Shown: positions 50,165-60,586, counted from the first letter of the stretch. The stretch: 64,000 nucleotides of DNA from Henriciella sp. (GCA_041984335.1 JBHIYI010000008.1:46297-110296); one strand, 5' to 3'. A program made the numbers and translations. The notes: generated by a model from the sequence alone, not told the origin.

Positions 50165-50401
50165 ATGGAAGGCGATATCACTCTCGGTCTTAAGTACGTT
50201 GGTGCTGGCCTCGCGACTCTCGGCATGATCGGTGCTGCGATTGGTGTGGGTAACATCTTCGGCTCATTCCTGGACGCTGCGATGCGCAACCCTTCTGCTG
50301 CCCCGCAGCAGACCGGTAACCTGTTCATCGGTATGGCGCTTTCAGAAGCGCTCGGCATTCTGGCCTTCCTGGTCTCGATCCTGATCCTGTTCGTGGTCTA
50401 A
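50165..50401 (+). CDS. atpE: ATP synthase F0 subunit c
   Basis: GAAIGVG, RNP and ALSEA (proton-binding Glu). Start ATG 50165. Confidence 0.97.
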   Translation: MEGDITLGLKYVGAGLATLGMIGAAIGVGNIFGSFLDAAMRNPSAAPQQTGNLFIGMALSEALGILAFLVSILILFVV

Positions 50402-50444
50402 CCACAACGCGTCCCTTCGAGACTCTATAAGGACCCTCTAGGCC

Positions 50445-50984
50445 ATGCTTGCGATCATTCTCGCTGCAGATGCTGCATCAGGCGCTGAAAAGGCGGCATT
50501 CCCGCCATTCGAGACCTGGCACTTCCCATCCCAGATTTTCTGGCTGGTGGTGCTGTTCGGCTCGCTCTATTTCATTCTCTCTCGCTTCATTTTGCCGAGC
50601 ATCGGCAATACGCTGGAGCGTCGTGAGAGTTCGATAGCAAGCGACCTGGACGAAGCAGCCCGCCTGAACGATGAAGCGCTCGAAGCGCAGAAGGCGGTCG
50701 AGGTCTCGATCGCCAAGGCGCACGCCAAAGCCCGGGAAACTGCGGACAAGGCACGCGCCAAGATCGATGCCGAACTGGCAGCGGAAACTGCGAAAGTGGA
50801 CGCCGAAGTCGACAAGAAACTAGCTGAAGCCGAAACGCGGATCTCCGCGCTTCGCGCCGACGCGATGAAGAATGTCGAATCGATTGCTGAAGATGCGGCG
50901 CAAAGCGTGCTTGGCAAGTTTGGCTCCAAGGCTGGCAAGGCTGATGTTTCAGCCGCCGTAAAATCCGTCCTGGCGAAAGGGTAA
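50445..50984 (+). CDS. atpF2: ATP synthase F0 subunit b'
   Basis: FPPF......SQIFWL...F..LY....R..LP.I followed by a coiled coil. Confidence 0.92.
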   Translation: MLAIILAADAASGAEKAAFPPFETWHFPSQIFWLVVLFGSLYFILSRFILPSIGNTLERRESSIASDLDEAARLNDEALEAQKAVEVSIAKAHAKARETADKARAKIDAELAAETAKVDAEVDKKLAEAETRISALRADAMKNVESIAEDAAQSVLGKFGSKAGKADVSAAVKSVLAKG

Positions 50985-50988
50985 GCTT

Positions 50989-51540
50989 ATGCGAATCGCA
51001 TTTCTGACGCCCCTGCTTCTTCTGGCGCCTGCGGCTTATGCTGCCGACGAGAACGTGGCCTGGTACGCCGACCCGACCACAAACACCGCATTTGCGGCTC
51101 TGGTGATCTTCCTGATCATCGTCACCCTAGTTGGCGGGTTCAAGCTGATCTTCTCTAAGCTCGACGAGCGCGCTGAAGGCATCCAGAGCCAGATCGACGA
51201 AGCCCGTGCGCTTCGCGAAGAGGCCTCCAAGCTGATGGCTGATGCGAAGAAGAAAGCCAAGGAAGCTGACGCCGCCGCTGATGACATCATCAAACGCGCC
51301 AAGGCCGATGCCGACGCGATGATGAAACAGGCCAAAGCAGACCTGAAGGCCAAAGTGACACGCCGCGAAGCTCAGGCAGAAGCTCGCATTGCGCGCGCTG
51401 AATCCGATGCCGCAGCCGATGTCCGGCGTGTGGCCGCCGACGCTGCGACCGAAGCAGCGCGGACAATTCTGTCGGGATCCGGCGAAGCGAGCGATCTGTT
51501 CGACAATGCACTGGGCGAGATCGACAAACGCCTCAATTAA
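50989..51540 (+). CDS. atpF: ATP synthase F0 subunit b
   Basis: TM then LDERA..I..QIDEA..LREEA and A..RIARAE..A..DVR. Confidence 0.92.
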   Translation: MRIAFLTPLLLLAPAAYAADENVAWYADPTTNTAFAALVIFLIIVTLVGGFKLIFSKLDERAEGIQSQIDEARALREEASKLMADAKKKAKEADAAADDIIKRAKADADAMMKQAKADLKAKVTRREAQAEARIARAESDAAADVRRVAADAATEAARTILSGSGEASDLFDNALGEIDKRLN

Positions 51541-51577
51541 GGCGCATCGTTCTTCATTTTGCTGAATCTGAATTCAA

Positions 51578-51606
51578 GAAAGCCCGCTCACGCAGCGGGC
51601 TTTTTT
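51578..51606. terminator. Bidirectional intrinsic terminator after atpF
   Basis: AAAGCCCGCT-CACGC-AGCGGGCTTT followed by more T. Confidence 0.85.
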
Positions 51607-51979
51607 ATTTGCTGCTCGTTCTTTTCTCGCGGGCGAATACGGCTTTCATGAGCCAGTTTGGCGCGAACCGCTCGACGCGCGGATGACGATCCAGAACGCC
51701 TTCCATCCAACGCCGTCCCCATAGCGAGTTGCGTCCGAGCAGAACCACGCCGAGGATCGCTATTGGCAGGCCAATCGGCAATAATGGGGTCACAAAGGCA
51801 ATCGGAATCGCGATCGCAATCAGAACCAGGCCAAGCAGCGCGAAGGCTTGGCGGATAAGCGTCCGAACACTCGAACCAACAACGCCAAGCGGTGCTGCTG
51901 CGGCACCCTGCTTGAGGCGCTCTTTTCCGAATGGGGATGATCCGTCGGGCATAAGCTTTAATATGGTCCTCTGCGGCAT
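51605..51979 (-). CDS. Small membrane protein (PGPGW-like)
   Basis: Hydrophobic hairpin with TPLLPIGLPIAILG; exact start uncertain. Confidence 0.6.
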   Translation of the reverse strand: MPQRTILKLMPDGSSPFGKERLKQGAAAAPLGVVGSSVRTLIRQAFALLGLVLIAIAIPIAFVTPLLPIGLPIAILGVVLLGRNSLWGRRWMEGVLDRHPRVERFAPNWLMKAVFAREKRTSSK

Positions 51980-52102
51980 ACTTCCAATAGGCCTTATCTG
52001 AATTATGACTCTGGCAAGACTTAGGCATTTTGCCTACACACATTCCGTTGAAATCACGTGAATTTCAGCAAATCGTTTCGCCAAAGGCACACCAGATCTG
52101 AA

Positions 52103-53224
52103 ATGGACCAGTTAAAAAGCGTTCAAGCCTTGCGCGCCATAGCGGCGCTGGCCGTGATGTTTGCGCATCTTCAGGGACTGGAAATGCAGGTGTCTGGCGG
52201 GTCCTCGTTGCTCTCGCCGCTATGGATTGCAGGGGTCAGCGGTGTAGACCTGTTCTTCGTCATCTCGGGATTCATCATGGTCTGGGTCGCCGGGGATTGG
52301 ACCGCGGGTAGAACAAGCAGTCTAAAGTTCATGTTTTCCCGAATCCTGCGGATTTATCCGCTCTGGTGGCTGTTTGCGGGGATCACAGCGGCCTATTTCT
52401 TCGCCTCAACCGGTCTTCCGTGGGATGTAGATCGGGTCGAGGAGACTGACGGTCCGATACACCTCGTCAAATCGTTCCTGCTTCTGCCGCAAGGCCCTCC
52501 CCCCGTGCTTACGCTCGGATGGACGCTCATCCATGAGATGTATTTCTATATTGTCTTCGCGCTGATCCTGATGCTCCCGGTCCGGATCCGAAAATTTGCG
52601 TTCCTGGGCTGGGCTGCGATTATTGTCGCTTCGATCTCATTTCAGCTGACCGGCTTCGCACCGGATAGCCTGATCAGTCTCGCGATCTTTCCGCTCACAC
52701 TGGAATTCCTGATGGGGAGTGCAGTCGCCTGGATTATTCTCTCCGGCAGAACGCGTTTTGCCGGGCTCACATTAGGCCTGGGGCTGGCGCTATTGGTCTA
52801 TGCCATCCTCACAGTGGACTTCACCGTCGCGACAGCCATCCAACCGACGCATCGGACGCTCGTCTATGGTCCAGCTTATGCCTTGATCGTTTATGGGCTC
52901 GTCGCTCTGGAGCGTCGCCAGGTTCTGGATCGGTATATTCCGAGTCTCCTGGTGACGATCGGTGACTGGAGCTACTCGCTATATCTTTGCCATATCCTAG
53001 TCATCACAGCCTTTGCGCGCACTTTCTTCCCGGTATTCGGCGTGGCGGGCTTGTTCGACAATCTCGCATTTCTGGCGCTGGCGAGCGGATCAGCACTGAT
53101 CGTTTCCGGTCTGACTTATCGCTTCTTCGAAAAGCCAATCGTGGGGCGGAGTCGAGAGGTGCGGAACAGACTGTTTGGCACCCGGTCGCGAGATGCAGTT
53201 GATAAAAGCACCGTGGCTCCATAG
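52103..53224 (+). CDS. Acyltransferase family 3 (OafA-like), paralog 1
   Basis: QALRAIAALAVMFAH, GVDLFFVISGFIM, R..RIYP, WTL.HE..FY and GDWSYSLYL.H. Confidence 0.92.
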   Translation: MDQLKSVQALRAIAALAVMFAHLQGLEMQVSGGSSLLSPLWIAGVSGVDLFFVISGFIMVWVAGDWTAGRTSSLKFMFSRILRIYPLWWLFAGITAAYFFASTGLPWDVDRVEETDGPIHLVKSFLLLPQGPPPVLTLGWTLIHEMYFYIVFALILMLPVRIRKFAFLGWAAIIVASISFQLTGFAPDSLISLAIFPLTLEFLMGSAVAWIILSGRTRFAGLTLGLGLALLVYAILTVDFTVATAIQPTHRTLVYGPAYALIVYGLVALERRQVLDRYIPSLLVTIGDWSYSLYLCHILVITAFARTFFPVFGVAGLFDNLAFLALASGSALIVSGLTYRFFEKPIVGRSREVRNRLFGTRSRDAVDKSTVAP

Positions 53225-53278
53225 ACAAAATCGGTAGAGACTTACCTCCTGCACAATCGAAGCTGACGCCTGCTCCAC

Positions 53279-54439
53279 ATGACACAAGCCATACCCCAGC
53301 TGAAAACTGTCCAGGCGCTCCGCGGTATCGCAGCGCTCGCCGTTTTCCTTTGCCATGTGATGGCGATTGAAGAAGCGCATTCTGAGCGCGGCGCGAAGCT
53401 AACTGACCTCTGGATCAATGGCGCACATGGGGTAGATCTTTTCTTCGTGATCTCCGGCTTCATCATGGTCTGGGTCGCCGGGGATCTCCGCCGGGGCGCA
53501 GCGCAGGCTGGCGATTTTCTGTTCGCGCGCGCCACGCGCATCTATCCGCTCTGGTGGTTGTTTGCAGCGGCCATGGTGGTGTTCTTTGCCGCCATGAAAG
53601 GCACCTATTGGGATGCCCCTCGGATCGACGCCGCGGGCCTCGATGGGCCGCTGCATCTGTTCCACTCGTTCATCCTCTGGCCGCAGCCGGAGCACCCCGT
53701 ACTGGGGGTCGGCTGGACGCTCGTGCATGAGATGTATTTCTACATCGCGTTCGCCGCCCTGATCCTTTTGCTGCCGGCGCGGGCGCGCTTGTTTGGCATT
53801 CTCGCCTGGGCCATGATCGTCACGATTGGCGCTTTGGCAGGACTGTCAGCGAATTTCAGCGGCAACATGGTCGAGCTGATCTTCTACCCGATGACGATAG
53901 AGTTCATCTTGGGGGCATTGGTTGGCTATGCGATCAAGGCGGGGTGGCGAAGACATGCGCTTCTCGCCGCTTTTATTGGCGCCTTCGCAATTCTGATCCC
54001 GTTCCTGAATCTTGACCTCGAGCCGACGCAAACATTGATGACCCAGTTCGGAAATGAGGGATTCAGCGGCATGAATCCCGTCTGGCGGCGCACAATATTT
54101 TACGGGATTCCGGTTGCGCTGCTGATCTACGGACTGGTTTCGCTCGAGTTGGAGCGGGGTCTCAGGACACCGAAATTCATGGTCCATCTCGGCGACTGGA
54201 GCTATTCGCTCTATCTCTGCCACACGCTTACCATCAGTGCGATTGGCCGCGTGACTTACACGCTATTCGAGCCGGGCCTTGTTGTGACGACTGCCTATCT
54301 GATCCTTGTCACGGTCGGAACCATTCTTGTTTCCGCACTCACCTATTATTTCTTCGAGCGCCCATCGATCCGGTTCTTCCGCAGATGGCGTCCCAAATCC
54401 AAATCGGGCGCAGGCGATAAAACACCGGCGCCCGTCTAG
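53279..54439 (+). CDS. Acyltransferase family 3 (OafA-like), paralog 2
   Basis: QALRGIAALAVFLCH, GVDLFFVISGFIM, WTLVHEMYFY and GDWSYSLYLCH. Confidence 0.92.
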   Translation: MTQAIPQLKTVQALRGIAALAVFLCHVMAIEEAHSERGAKLTDLWINGAHGVDLFFVISGFIMVWVAGDLRRGAAQAGDFLFARATRIYPLWWLFAAAMVVFFAAMKGTYWDAPRIDAAGLDGPLHLFHSFILWPQPEHPVLGVGWTLVHEMYFYIAFAALILLLPARARLFGILAWAMIVTIGALAGLSANFSGNMVELIFYPMTIEFILGALVGYAIKAGWRRHALLAAFIGAFAILIPFLNLDLEPTQTLMTQFGNEGFSGMNPVWRRTIFYGIPVALLIYGLVSLELERGLRTPKFMVHLGDWSYSLYLCHTLTISAIGRVTYTLFEPGLVVTTAYLILVTVGTILVSALTYYFFERPSIRFFRRWRPKSKSGAGDKTPAPV

Positions 54440-54440
54440 A

Positions 54441-56009
54441 TTATTCCGCAGCCACCGCTTCTGGCGTTGGGGCGATCCACTTCAGAACGGGTTTGCGTGC
54501 CGCCTGCGTCTCGTCGAGCCGCTTTTTGGGAGCCAGATAGGGCGCACCCTTGAGCGTTTCGTCGCCTTTCGCCGCGCGCTCGGCGATTGCCGTCATGGTC
54601 TCGCAGAAGCGGTCAAGCTCCTGCTTGCTTTCGGTCTCAGTCGGCTCAATCAGCATCGCGCCATGCACCACCAGCGGGAAATACATGGTCATCGGGTGGT
54701 AGCCTTCATCGAGCATCGCCTTGGCAATATCGATGGTTTCGATGCCATCGGCTGTGAACGCGTCCGAGAACAAAGCCTCGTGCATGCAATACCCATCGAA
54801 AGCGGGCGTCATGACAGTCTTGAGACGCGCCTGAATGTAATTTGCGTTCAGTACAGCGTCTTCTGCGACTTGCTTCAGGCCGTCCGCACCGTGGCTCAGC
54901 ATATAGGTGAGCGCACGCACGAACATGCCCATCTGGCCATGGAATGCGACCATTCGGCCGAATGCCTCGCCGGCTTCACCGTCTGTTTCCTCGACCAGAC
55001 GGAAGCCATCATCATCCTTCACCACGAACGGCACGGGGGCATAAGGCGCAAGCGCGTCCGAGAGCACAGTCGGGCCAGAGCCCGGGCCGCCGCCACCATG
55101 CGGCGTCGAGAAGGTCTTGTGCAGGTTGATATGCATCGCATCAACGCCGAGATCGCCAGGGCGTACGCGTCCCACAATGGCGTTGAAGTTCGCGCCGTCG
55201 CAATAGAAATAGCCACCAGCGTCATGGATCAGATCGGCAATCGCCTTGATGTCAGTCTCAAATAGTCCGCACGTGTTCGGATTGGTCAGCATGATGCCGG
55301 CAATGTCGTCAGTTGTTTCGAGCTTGGACCTCAGAACATCCATGTCGACGCGGCCACGCGCATTGGCCTTGATCTCGTCGACAATGAAGCCGCACTGGAT
55401 CGCCGTTGCCGGATTCGTCCCGTGCGCTGAGGCAGGCACCAGGACGCGTTTGCGGGTCTCTGCCTCGCCGCGTGCCATCAGCGCCTGGCGGATGGCCAGC
55501 ATGCCGCAAAGCTCGCCATGCGCGCCGGCTTTCGGGCTCATCGCCACGGCTGGCATACCGGTTAGCGTTTTCAGCCAGGTCGCGAGCTCATCAATCAGCT
55601 CCAGCGCGCCTTGAACGGTGCGCTGCGGCTGGAGGGGATGAATGTCGGCGAAGCCCGGCATCCGCGCCGCTTTCTCATTCAGGCGTGGATTGTGCTTCAT
55701 CGTGCACGAACCGAGCGGGAACAGGCCGAGATCGATGGCGTAGTTGCGCTGGCTGAGCCGCATATAGTGGCGCACGGCCTCTGGTTCAGACAGGCCGGGC
55801 AGACCGGACGGCTGCTGACGCGCCACGCCGCCAAGGCGGGTCTTGCCACCTTTTGGTTTCGGCAAATCGACACCCGTTTTGTCCGGCGAGCCAATCTCGA
55901 AAATCAGGTCGGTATGCTGCAGCAGACCTTTCGAGCCGGAGACCGTCTCTACACGGTCTGTGTCTGAAGCGAAGGGTGAGGTCGGTCGACCTATCGATTG
56001 CATGCCCAT
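54441..56009 (-). CDS. gcvPB: Glycine dehydrogenase subunit 2
   Basis: PLGSCTMKHNPR, AGAHGE, SAHGTNPA, TNPNT, NLHKTFSTPHGGGGPG and EPTETE. Confidence 0.97.
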   Translation of the reverse strand: MGMQSIGRPTSPFASDTDRVETVSGSKGLLQHTDLIFEIGSPDKTGVDLPKPKGGKTRLGGVARQQPSGLPGLSEPEAVRHYMRLSQRNYAIDLGLFPLGSCTMKHNPRLNEKAARMPGFADIHPLQPQRTVQGALELIDELATWLKTLTGMPAVAMSPKAGAHGELCGMLAIRQALMARGEAETRKRVLVPASAHGTNPATAIQCGFIVDEIKANARGRVDMDVLRSKLETTDDIAGIMLTNPNTCGLFETDIKAIADLIHDAGGYFYCDGANFNAIVGRVRPGDLGVDAMHINLHKTFSTPHGGGGPGSGPTVLSDALAPYAPVPFVVKDDDGFRLVEETDGEAGEAFGRMVAFHGQMGMFVRALTYMLSHGADGLKQVAEDAVLNANYIQARLKTVMTPAFDGYCMHEALFSDAFTADGIETIDIAKAMLDEGYHPMTMYFPLVVHGAMLIEPTETESKQELDRFCETMTAIAERAAKGDETLKGAPYLAPKKRLDETQAARKPVLKWIAPTPEAVAAE

Positions 56010-57352
56010 CAGATCACCTCCTTCAGCGCGGCGACATAGGCCGCAATATCATCCTGCGTCGTGCACTCGGTAGCTGCGGCGATGATGACGTCGCCGATCC
56101 CGGCCTCCGGCATCAGACGACTCGCGCGGACACCGCCCAGAACGCCGCACTCTTCCAGCATGGCAAGCACAGCTTCGGCATCGACCGGTGTCCGGAACGC
56201 AAATTCGTTGAAAAAGCGCGGGGTCAGGATCTCGACGCCGGGAATGGCCTCCAGCGCATCTGCCAGCGCGCAGGCGGTTTCATGATTGAGCGCCGCGAGT
56301 TGTTCCAGGCCCTTGCCGCCGAGCAGCGTCATGTGGGCGGTAAAGGCGAGGGCGCAAAGCCCCGAATTCGTACAGATATTCGACGTCGCCTTGTCGCGCC
56401 GGATGTGCTGTTCGCGAGTGGAAAGCGTGAGAACGAAGCCGCGACTGCCATCAGCGTCCACGGTCTCTCCGCACAAGCGTCCCGGCATTTGTCGAACCAG
56501 CTTTTGCGTACAGGCGAACAGGCCGACATAGGGTCCGCCAAAGGTCAGCGGATTGCCGATGGACTGGCCTTCGCCTACGGCAATATCAGCGCCCATCTCC
56601 CCAGGCGGGGTGACGAGGCCGAGAGAGACAGCTTCGGTAAATACACTCACCATAAGCGCATTCTTCTCATGCGCGGCATCGGCGACCGGTGAGAGGTCGG
56701 TCACAGTTCCGAATACGTTGGGTGACTGACCGATCACGCAGGCCGTTGCCTCATCAACGTGTTTGGCAAGCTCAAGCTCGCCATCAATGGCCGTCTCCAG
56801 TGCGACGACTTCGATGCCTTGCGCCTCACAGAGAAGACGCGTGGCCGCTGCGTAGTGCGGGTGCAGGCCGCCAGACAGGACGACCTTCTTGCGGCGCGTC
56901 ACGCGGCACGCCATCACCGCCGCTTCGGCGCAGGCCGTCGAGCCGTCATACATGCTGGCATTGGCGACATCCATCGCCGTCATCGCTGCGACCTGGGTCT
57001 GGAACTCAAACAGGGTCTGCAGCGTGCCCTGTGCGATTTCTGGCTGATAGGGTGTGTATGTGGTGAGAAATTCCGAGCGTTGAATGATCATGTCGACGCT
57101 GGCAGGCACATGGTGCTTGTAAGCCCCTGCACCGACAAAGAATGGCACGTCGCTGGCCGTCGTGTTCTTCGCTGCAAGCCGCGCCAGATGCCGCTCTACC
57201 GCCAGTTCGCCCTGATGGTTCGGCAGATCATGAATAGGCCCGGTCAGGCGCGCGCTTTTGGGCACATCCTCATAGAAGTCATCAACGCTGGCGGCGCCGA
57301 TCGTATTCAGCATCGCGGCGCGATCTTCTGGCGTGAGCGGGAGGTAACGCAT
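56009..57352 (-). CDS. gcvPA: Glycine dehydrogenase subunit 1
   Basis: [28 protein letters not shown] and [17 protein letters not shown]. Confidence 0.97.
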   Translation of the reverse strand: MRYLPLTPEDRAAMLNTIGAASVDDFYEDVPKSARLTGPIHDLPNHQGELAVERHLARLAAKNTTASDVPFFVGAGAYKHHVPASVDMIIQRSEFLTTYTPYQPEIAQGTLQTLFEFQTQVAAMTAMDVANASMYDGSTACAEAAVMACRVTRRKKVVLSGGLHPHYAAATRLLCEAQGIEVVALETAIDGELELAKHVDEATACVIGQSPNVFGTVTDLSPVADAAHEKNALMVSVFTEAVSLGLVTPPGEMGADIAVGEGQSIGNPLTFGGPYVGLFACTQKLVRQMPGRLCGETVDADGSRGFVLTLSTREQHIRRDKATSNICTNSGLCALAFTAHMTLLGGKGLEQLAALNHETACALADALEAIPGVEILTPRFFNEFAFRTPVDAEAVLAMLEECGVLGGVRASRLMPEAGIGDVIIAAATECTTQDDIAAYVAALKEVI

Positions 57353-57369
57353 TTTTTCTCTCTCCGTTT

Positions 57370-57390
57370 TCCCGGACTTGATCCGGGATC
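57370..57390. repeat. Short palindromic REP-like element
   Basis: TCCCGGA-CTTGA-TCCGGGA perfect 7-bp stem between gcvH and gcvPA. Confidence 0.55.
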
Positions 57391-57424
57391 TGTGTCAGTT
57401 TCGACGGACGATTGCCGTGCGCCC

Positions 57425-57796
57425 TTACAAGCCGTCGCAGAAGGCCTTGTACGCCGCGGCATCCATCAGGCCGTCGAGCTCGCTTTTGTCCGTAAACTTG
57501 ATCTTGCAGAACCAGCCCTTGCCTTCCGGGTCTTCATTGACCGTTTCAGGGGCGTCGGCGAGATCGCCATTGCCTTCGGTCACCTCGCCGCCGACCGGCG
57601 CGTAGACGTCAGACGCGGCTTTGACACTCTCAACTACGGCCATGTCATCGCCTTTGCCAAAGCTCGCGCCAGCTTCAGGGACCTCGACGAAGACCACGTC
57701 GCCAAGCTGCTCAGCGGCGTATTTGGTGATGCCGATCGTGCCGACATCGCCGTCGACGGCAATCCATTCATGGTCCTCTGTAAAATATGTACTCAT
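57425..57796 (-). CDS. gcvH: Glycine cleavage system H protein
   Basis: [35 protein letters not shown] (lipoyl Lys) and GWF. Confidence 0.97.
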   Translation of the reverse strand: MSTYFTEDHEWIAVDGDVGTIGITKYAAEQLGDVVFVEVPEAGASFGKGDDMAVVESVKAASDVYAPVGGEVTEGNGDLADAPETVNEDPEGKGWFCKIKFTDKSELDGLMDAAAYKAFCDGL

Positions 57797-57809
57797 CTCT
57801 CTCACCCCG

Positions 57810-58964
57810 TTAGCGTTTGTAATTTGGTTGGACGAATGGCAGATCGCAGACCTCTGCCGGGCGCGCTTTGCCGCGCACCATCAGATCGACCTTGGTACCC
57901 GGCACGGCGAGATCCGTGCGGACATAGCCCATCGCGATCGGCCGATCGACGCTCGGCCCGAAGCCGCCCGATGTGACCACGCCGACGCGCTCGCCATTCA
58001 GCTCGATTTCTGTGCCCTCACGCGCTGGCGCCCGCTCGAGCGGTTGGATTCCGACGCGTTTTTCTGCAGGTCCGTTAGCGAACGCGGAAAGAATGCGGTC
58101 AGCGCCCGGGAAATCCGCGCGTTCGCGCCGGGACTTCTGGATCACCCATCCGAGATCGGCTTCCACAGGATCGCGTGTGGCGTCCATATCGTGCCCATAG
58201 AGGCAGAGTCCGGCTTCCAGACGCAGACTGTCGCGGGCGCCCAGCCCGATCGGCTTCACGCGTTCGTCCGCCAGCAGCGTCTCAACCACGCCGCAACCGT
58301 AAGCATTATTGGGCAGCAGGAGCTCAAACCCGTCCTCGCCGGTATAACCGGATCGCGACAGCATGATTTTCTCGTCGCCGCGCTGCAGGTACGCGCAGCG
58401 CATGAATTTCAAATCGGCCGCCTCTGGATAATGCTCTGACAGAACCGCCTCGGCCTTCGGGCCTTGCAGCGCCATCAGGATGCGGTCATCCGCCTTTTGC
58501 AGCGCCGCTTCATCGCCGAGTTCGCGTTCGATATGGGCCCAGTCCTCAGCCTTCACCGCGCCATTGACGACGATGTAGAGCATGCCATCCAGCCCCTCGC
58601 CCGGCATGCGCGTGATGATCAGATCATCAAGGATTCCGCCTGCCTCGTTGAGCAGGACCGACAGACGCCCCTGCCCTGGCTTCAGGATAGCAATATTGCT
58701 TGGCACCAGGCGCTCCATCAGCGCGGCGATTTTTTCGTGCGCGCCGTCCTGGCCGAGCCCCTCTTTCAGGAACAGGAAGCACGGCCCCATATGAGACACG
58801 TCGAACAGGCCGGCATGCTCACGAGTCCAGAGATGCTCCGGCTTTACGCCCTCAAACTGAACCGGCATTTCGTAACCGGCAAACGGCACCATTTTCCCGC
58901 CATGCGCGACATGCACGTCATAAAGCGGCGTGCGCCTGAGCGTTTCGGTAGAGATTTCAGCCAA
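57810..58964 (-). CDS. gcvT: Glycine cleavage system aminomethyltransferase T
   Basis: [37 protein letters not shown] and GYV. TTG start. Confidence 0.97.
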   Translation of the reverse strand: MAEISTETLRRTPLYDVHVAHGGKMVPFAGYEMPVQFEGVKPEHLWTREHAGLFDVSHMGPCFLFLKEGLGQDGAHEKIAALMERLVPSNIAILKPGQGRLSVLLNEAGGILDDLIITRMPGEGLDGMLYIVVNGAVKAEDWAHIERELGDEAALQKADDRILMALQGPKAEAVLSEHYPEAADLKFMRCAYLQRGDEKIMLSRSGYTGEDGFELLLPNNAYGCGVVETLLADERVKPIGLGARDSLRLEAGLCLYGHDMDATRDPVEADLGWVIQKSRRERADFPGADRILSAFANGPAEKRVGIQPLERAPAREGTEIELNGERVGVVTSGGFGPSVDRPIAMGYVRTDLAVPGTKVDLMVRGKARPAEVCDLPFVQPNYKR

Positions 58965-59014
58965 TGCCGGCGCCTTTCAAAGCAGGACAGTTCCCGCCTT
59001 TGGCGGACCCGTGC

Positions 59015-59202
59015 TGCCCCCGCTGTCCTGGCGCCTGAGAGATTCCGCGGCCAGGTCGGCCACTTGCTCCTTCGGCGAGGCTGCCGCATTTGCGCGCCTC
59101 TTTCCAGCGTGTTGAATCCGAACCGGTCCTTTTGCCTGAGCGTTTCCGGGGCGGTTGCGCCTTCGGCGATCGGGAATTCGATTCTCTCCCGGAACGGATT
59201 TG
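59015..59202 (-). ncRNA. Tandem glycine riboswitch
   Basis: Aptamer 1: GGGAGAG...CGCCGAAGGCGCAA...CTCAGGCAAAAGGAC. Aptamer 2: CTGGAAAGAG...CGCCGAAGGAGCAA...AATCTCTCAGGC...GACAG. Directly upstream of gcvT. Confidence 0.95.
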
Positions 59203-59341
59203 ATGATTTCTAGCTAGTCCGAATCCGGAGCGGCGACAAGCGATATGTCCAGATACCGGGTTTCGGCGCGCTTAGACCCCGCCAGCGCCCAATATCTTGT
59301 CAGTCCTTGCTCATTGCTCATCCATGCCGAGGCGCCATCCC

Positions 59342-60586
59342 CTATTCGACGATGCGCAGGACAATCAGAGAATTCGCAATGTCTTCGTAAACCCCGATCA
59401 GTTCTGAGTTGGTGCTCGCTTCAAAATATCTGCTTGCATCGCCAGCACAGTTTTTCAGCGTCTCCTGCCCGGCCGTCGGCGCCTGGAACGCCACAGAGTA
59501 AATTTTGATGCCGAGATTACGCATCTCATCGCAGAGCTTGATTGCTTGCTCGCTGCTCGTCCCATGCGCCGCGTGAAACGCGGTATTGAATATGCCATCC
59601 GTCATCAGGATGACGACTTTCAGTGAATCACTGTCCTCATACGGTCGCGGTGTCGAAGCCTCTGGCCAGACCCCAGCCCAGTTCGGAGAGAGCAGATACC
59701 ACGCCCAAGCAACCCCCAGATGCCCGGCGGTTGGTCCGAAAGCGCGGAGGCTATCGATCGCTGACCCGAATGCATCGAGATCAGAGCTGAGCGTGAGAAG
59801 CCCGTTCCCCGGACAATTCAAGCCTCCATAGGGGAAATGGGTTCCCGGTCCAGGCGGGCTGTCGTCCCAGGCACGATCGTCCGTTCGTTCGCTGACACAA
59901 TCTATCCGCCCGCTGCGAGAAAGATTCCGGTCCAGCGTATCCGCGTCGCCCAATGCATATGGACCATATTCGAGCACATTGACGGATTCCGCATAGGCGA
60001 CAAAAGAGACGCGATTGTCATCCGACTCGGCTGCATTGACCAGCAAGTCGGCAGCGCGTTTCGCTGCCGTTTTCAGCGCCTCAAGCTTGCCCCCTGCATT
60101 CATTGACCCAGACAGGTCCAAAACCATCGCAACTTCGAGCTTCCGGCGGATGATCGAGGTTTTCGACTTGGCGTTCACCTTCAATGTCAGTTTTGACTTG
60201 CTGCCGTCAGGTTCGATCTTCTGGTTCATCATCCGCGCGTACCAGCAATCGACGGAGGCCGAGACGTCTCCAGCATCGCGGTCAAAATCGGAAACGATCG
60301 GATCGCAGGTGAGGAGTTCGTCTGAGACGCTCAGGTTTTCCGCAAACGAGGTATCGATCCTGGAATGAATATCGTCATCGCTCAGCGTGTCATCGCCGAG
60401 CAGAGTTGCCCCCGACAGCGCAGCAATATCGATCGCCGATTGCATATTCTTTTTCGCCGATATCAGCGCCGCGCCATCGAGCACGAAAGTGATCATCGCG
60501 AACAAGGCGACGAAATAGACTGCAGATATGACTGTGATGTTACCGCGGTTATCCCGAAGGGACCGCTTCGCTCCATGAATTTTCAC
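59342..60586 (-). CDS. TadG-like pilus assembly protein with vWA domain
   Basis: Tad N-terminal pseudopilin motif (RGN..VI.A...D...QSA.D.AAL.GA), MIDAS DLSGS, ILMTDG and IYSVAF. Confidence 0.85.
   Translation of the reverse strand: MKIHGAKRSLRDNRGNITVISAVYFVALFAMITFVLDGAALISAKKNMQSAIDIAALSGATLLGDDTLSDDDIHSRIDTSFAENLSVSDELLTCDPIVSDFDRDAGDVSASVDCWYARMMNQKIEPDGSKSKLTLKVNAKSKTSIIRRKLEVAMVLDLSGSMNAGGKLEALKTAAKRAADLLVNAAESDDNRVSFVAYAESVNVLEYGPYALGDADTLDRNLSRSGRIDCVSERTDDRAWDDSPPGPGTHFPYGGLNCPGNGLLTLSSDLDAFGSAIDSLRAFGPTAGHLGVAWAWYLLSPNWAGVWPEASTPRPYEDSDSLKVVILMTDGIFNTAFHAAHGTSSEQAIKLCDEMRNLGIKIYSVAFQAPTAGQETLKNCAGDASRYFEASTNSELIGVYEDIANSLIVLRIVE

Noticed and set aside
48909-51540. ATP synthase cluster lacks F1 genes
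   Set aside because: Separate F0 and F1 operons are normal in alphaproteobacteria.
54441-57352. Glycine dehydrogenase split into two genes
   Set aside because: The gcvPA/gcvPB architecture is well known; both genes are intact, so this is not a frameshift or pseudogene.
54306-57976. Long plus-strand ORFs (319, 279 and 405 aa) opposite the gcv genes
   Set aside because: Antisense shadows of highly conserved genes.
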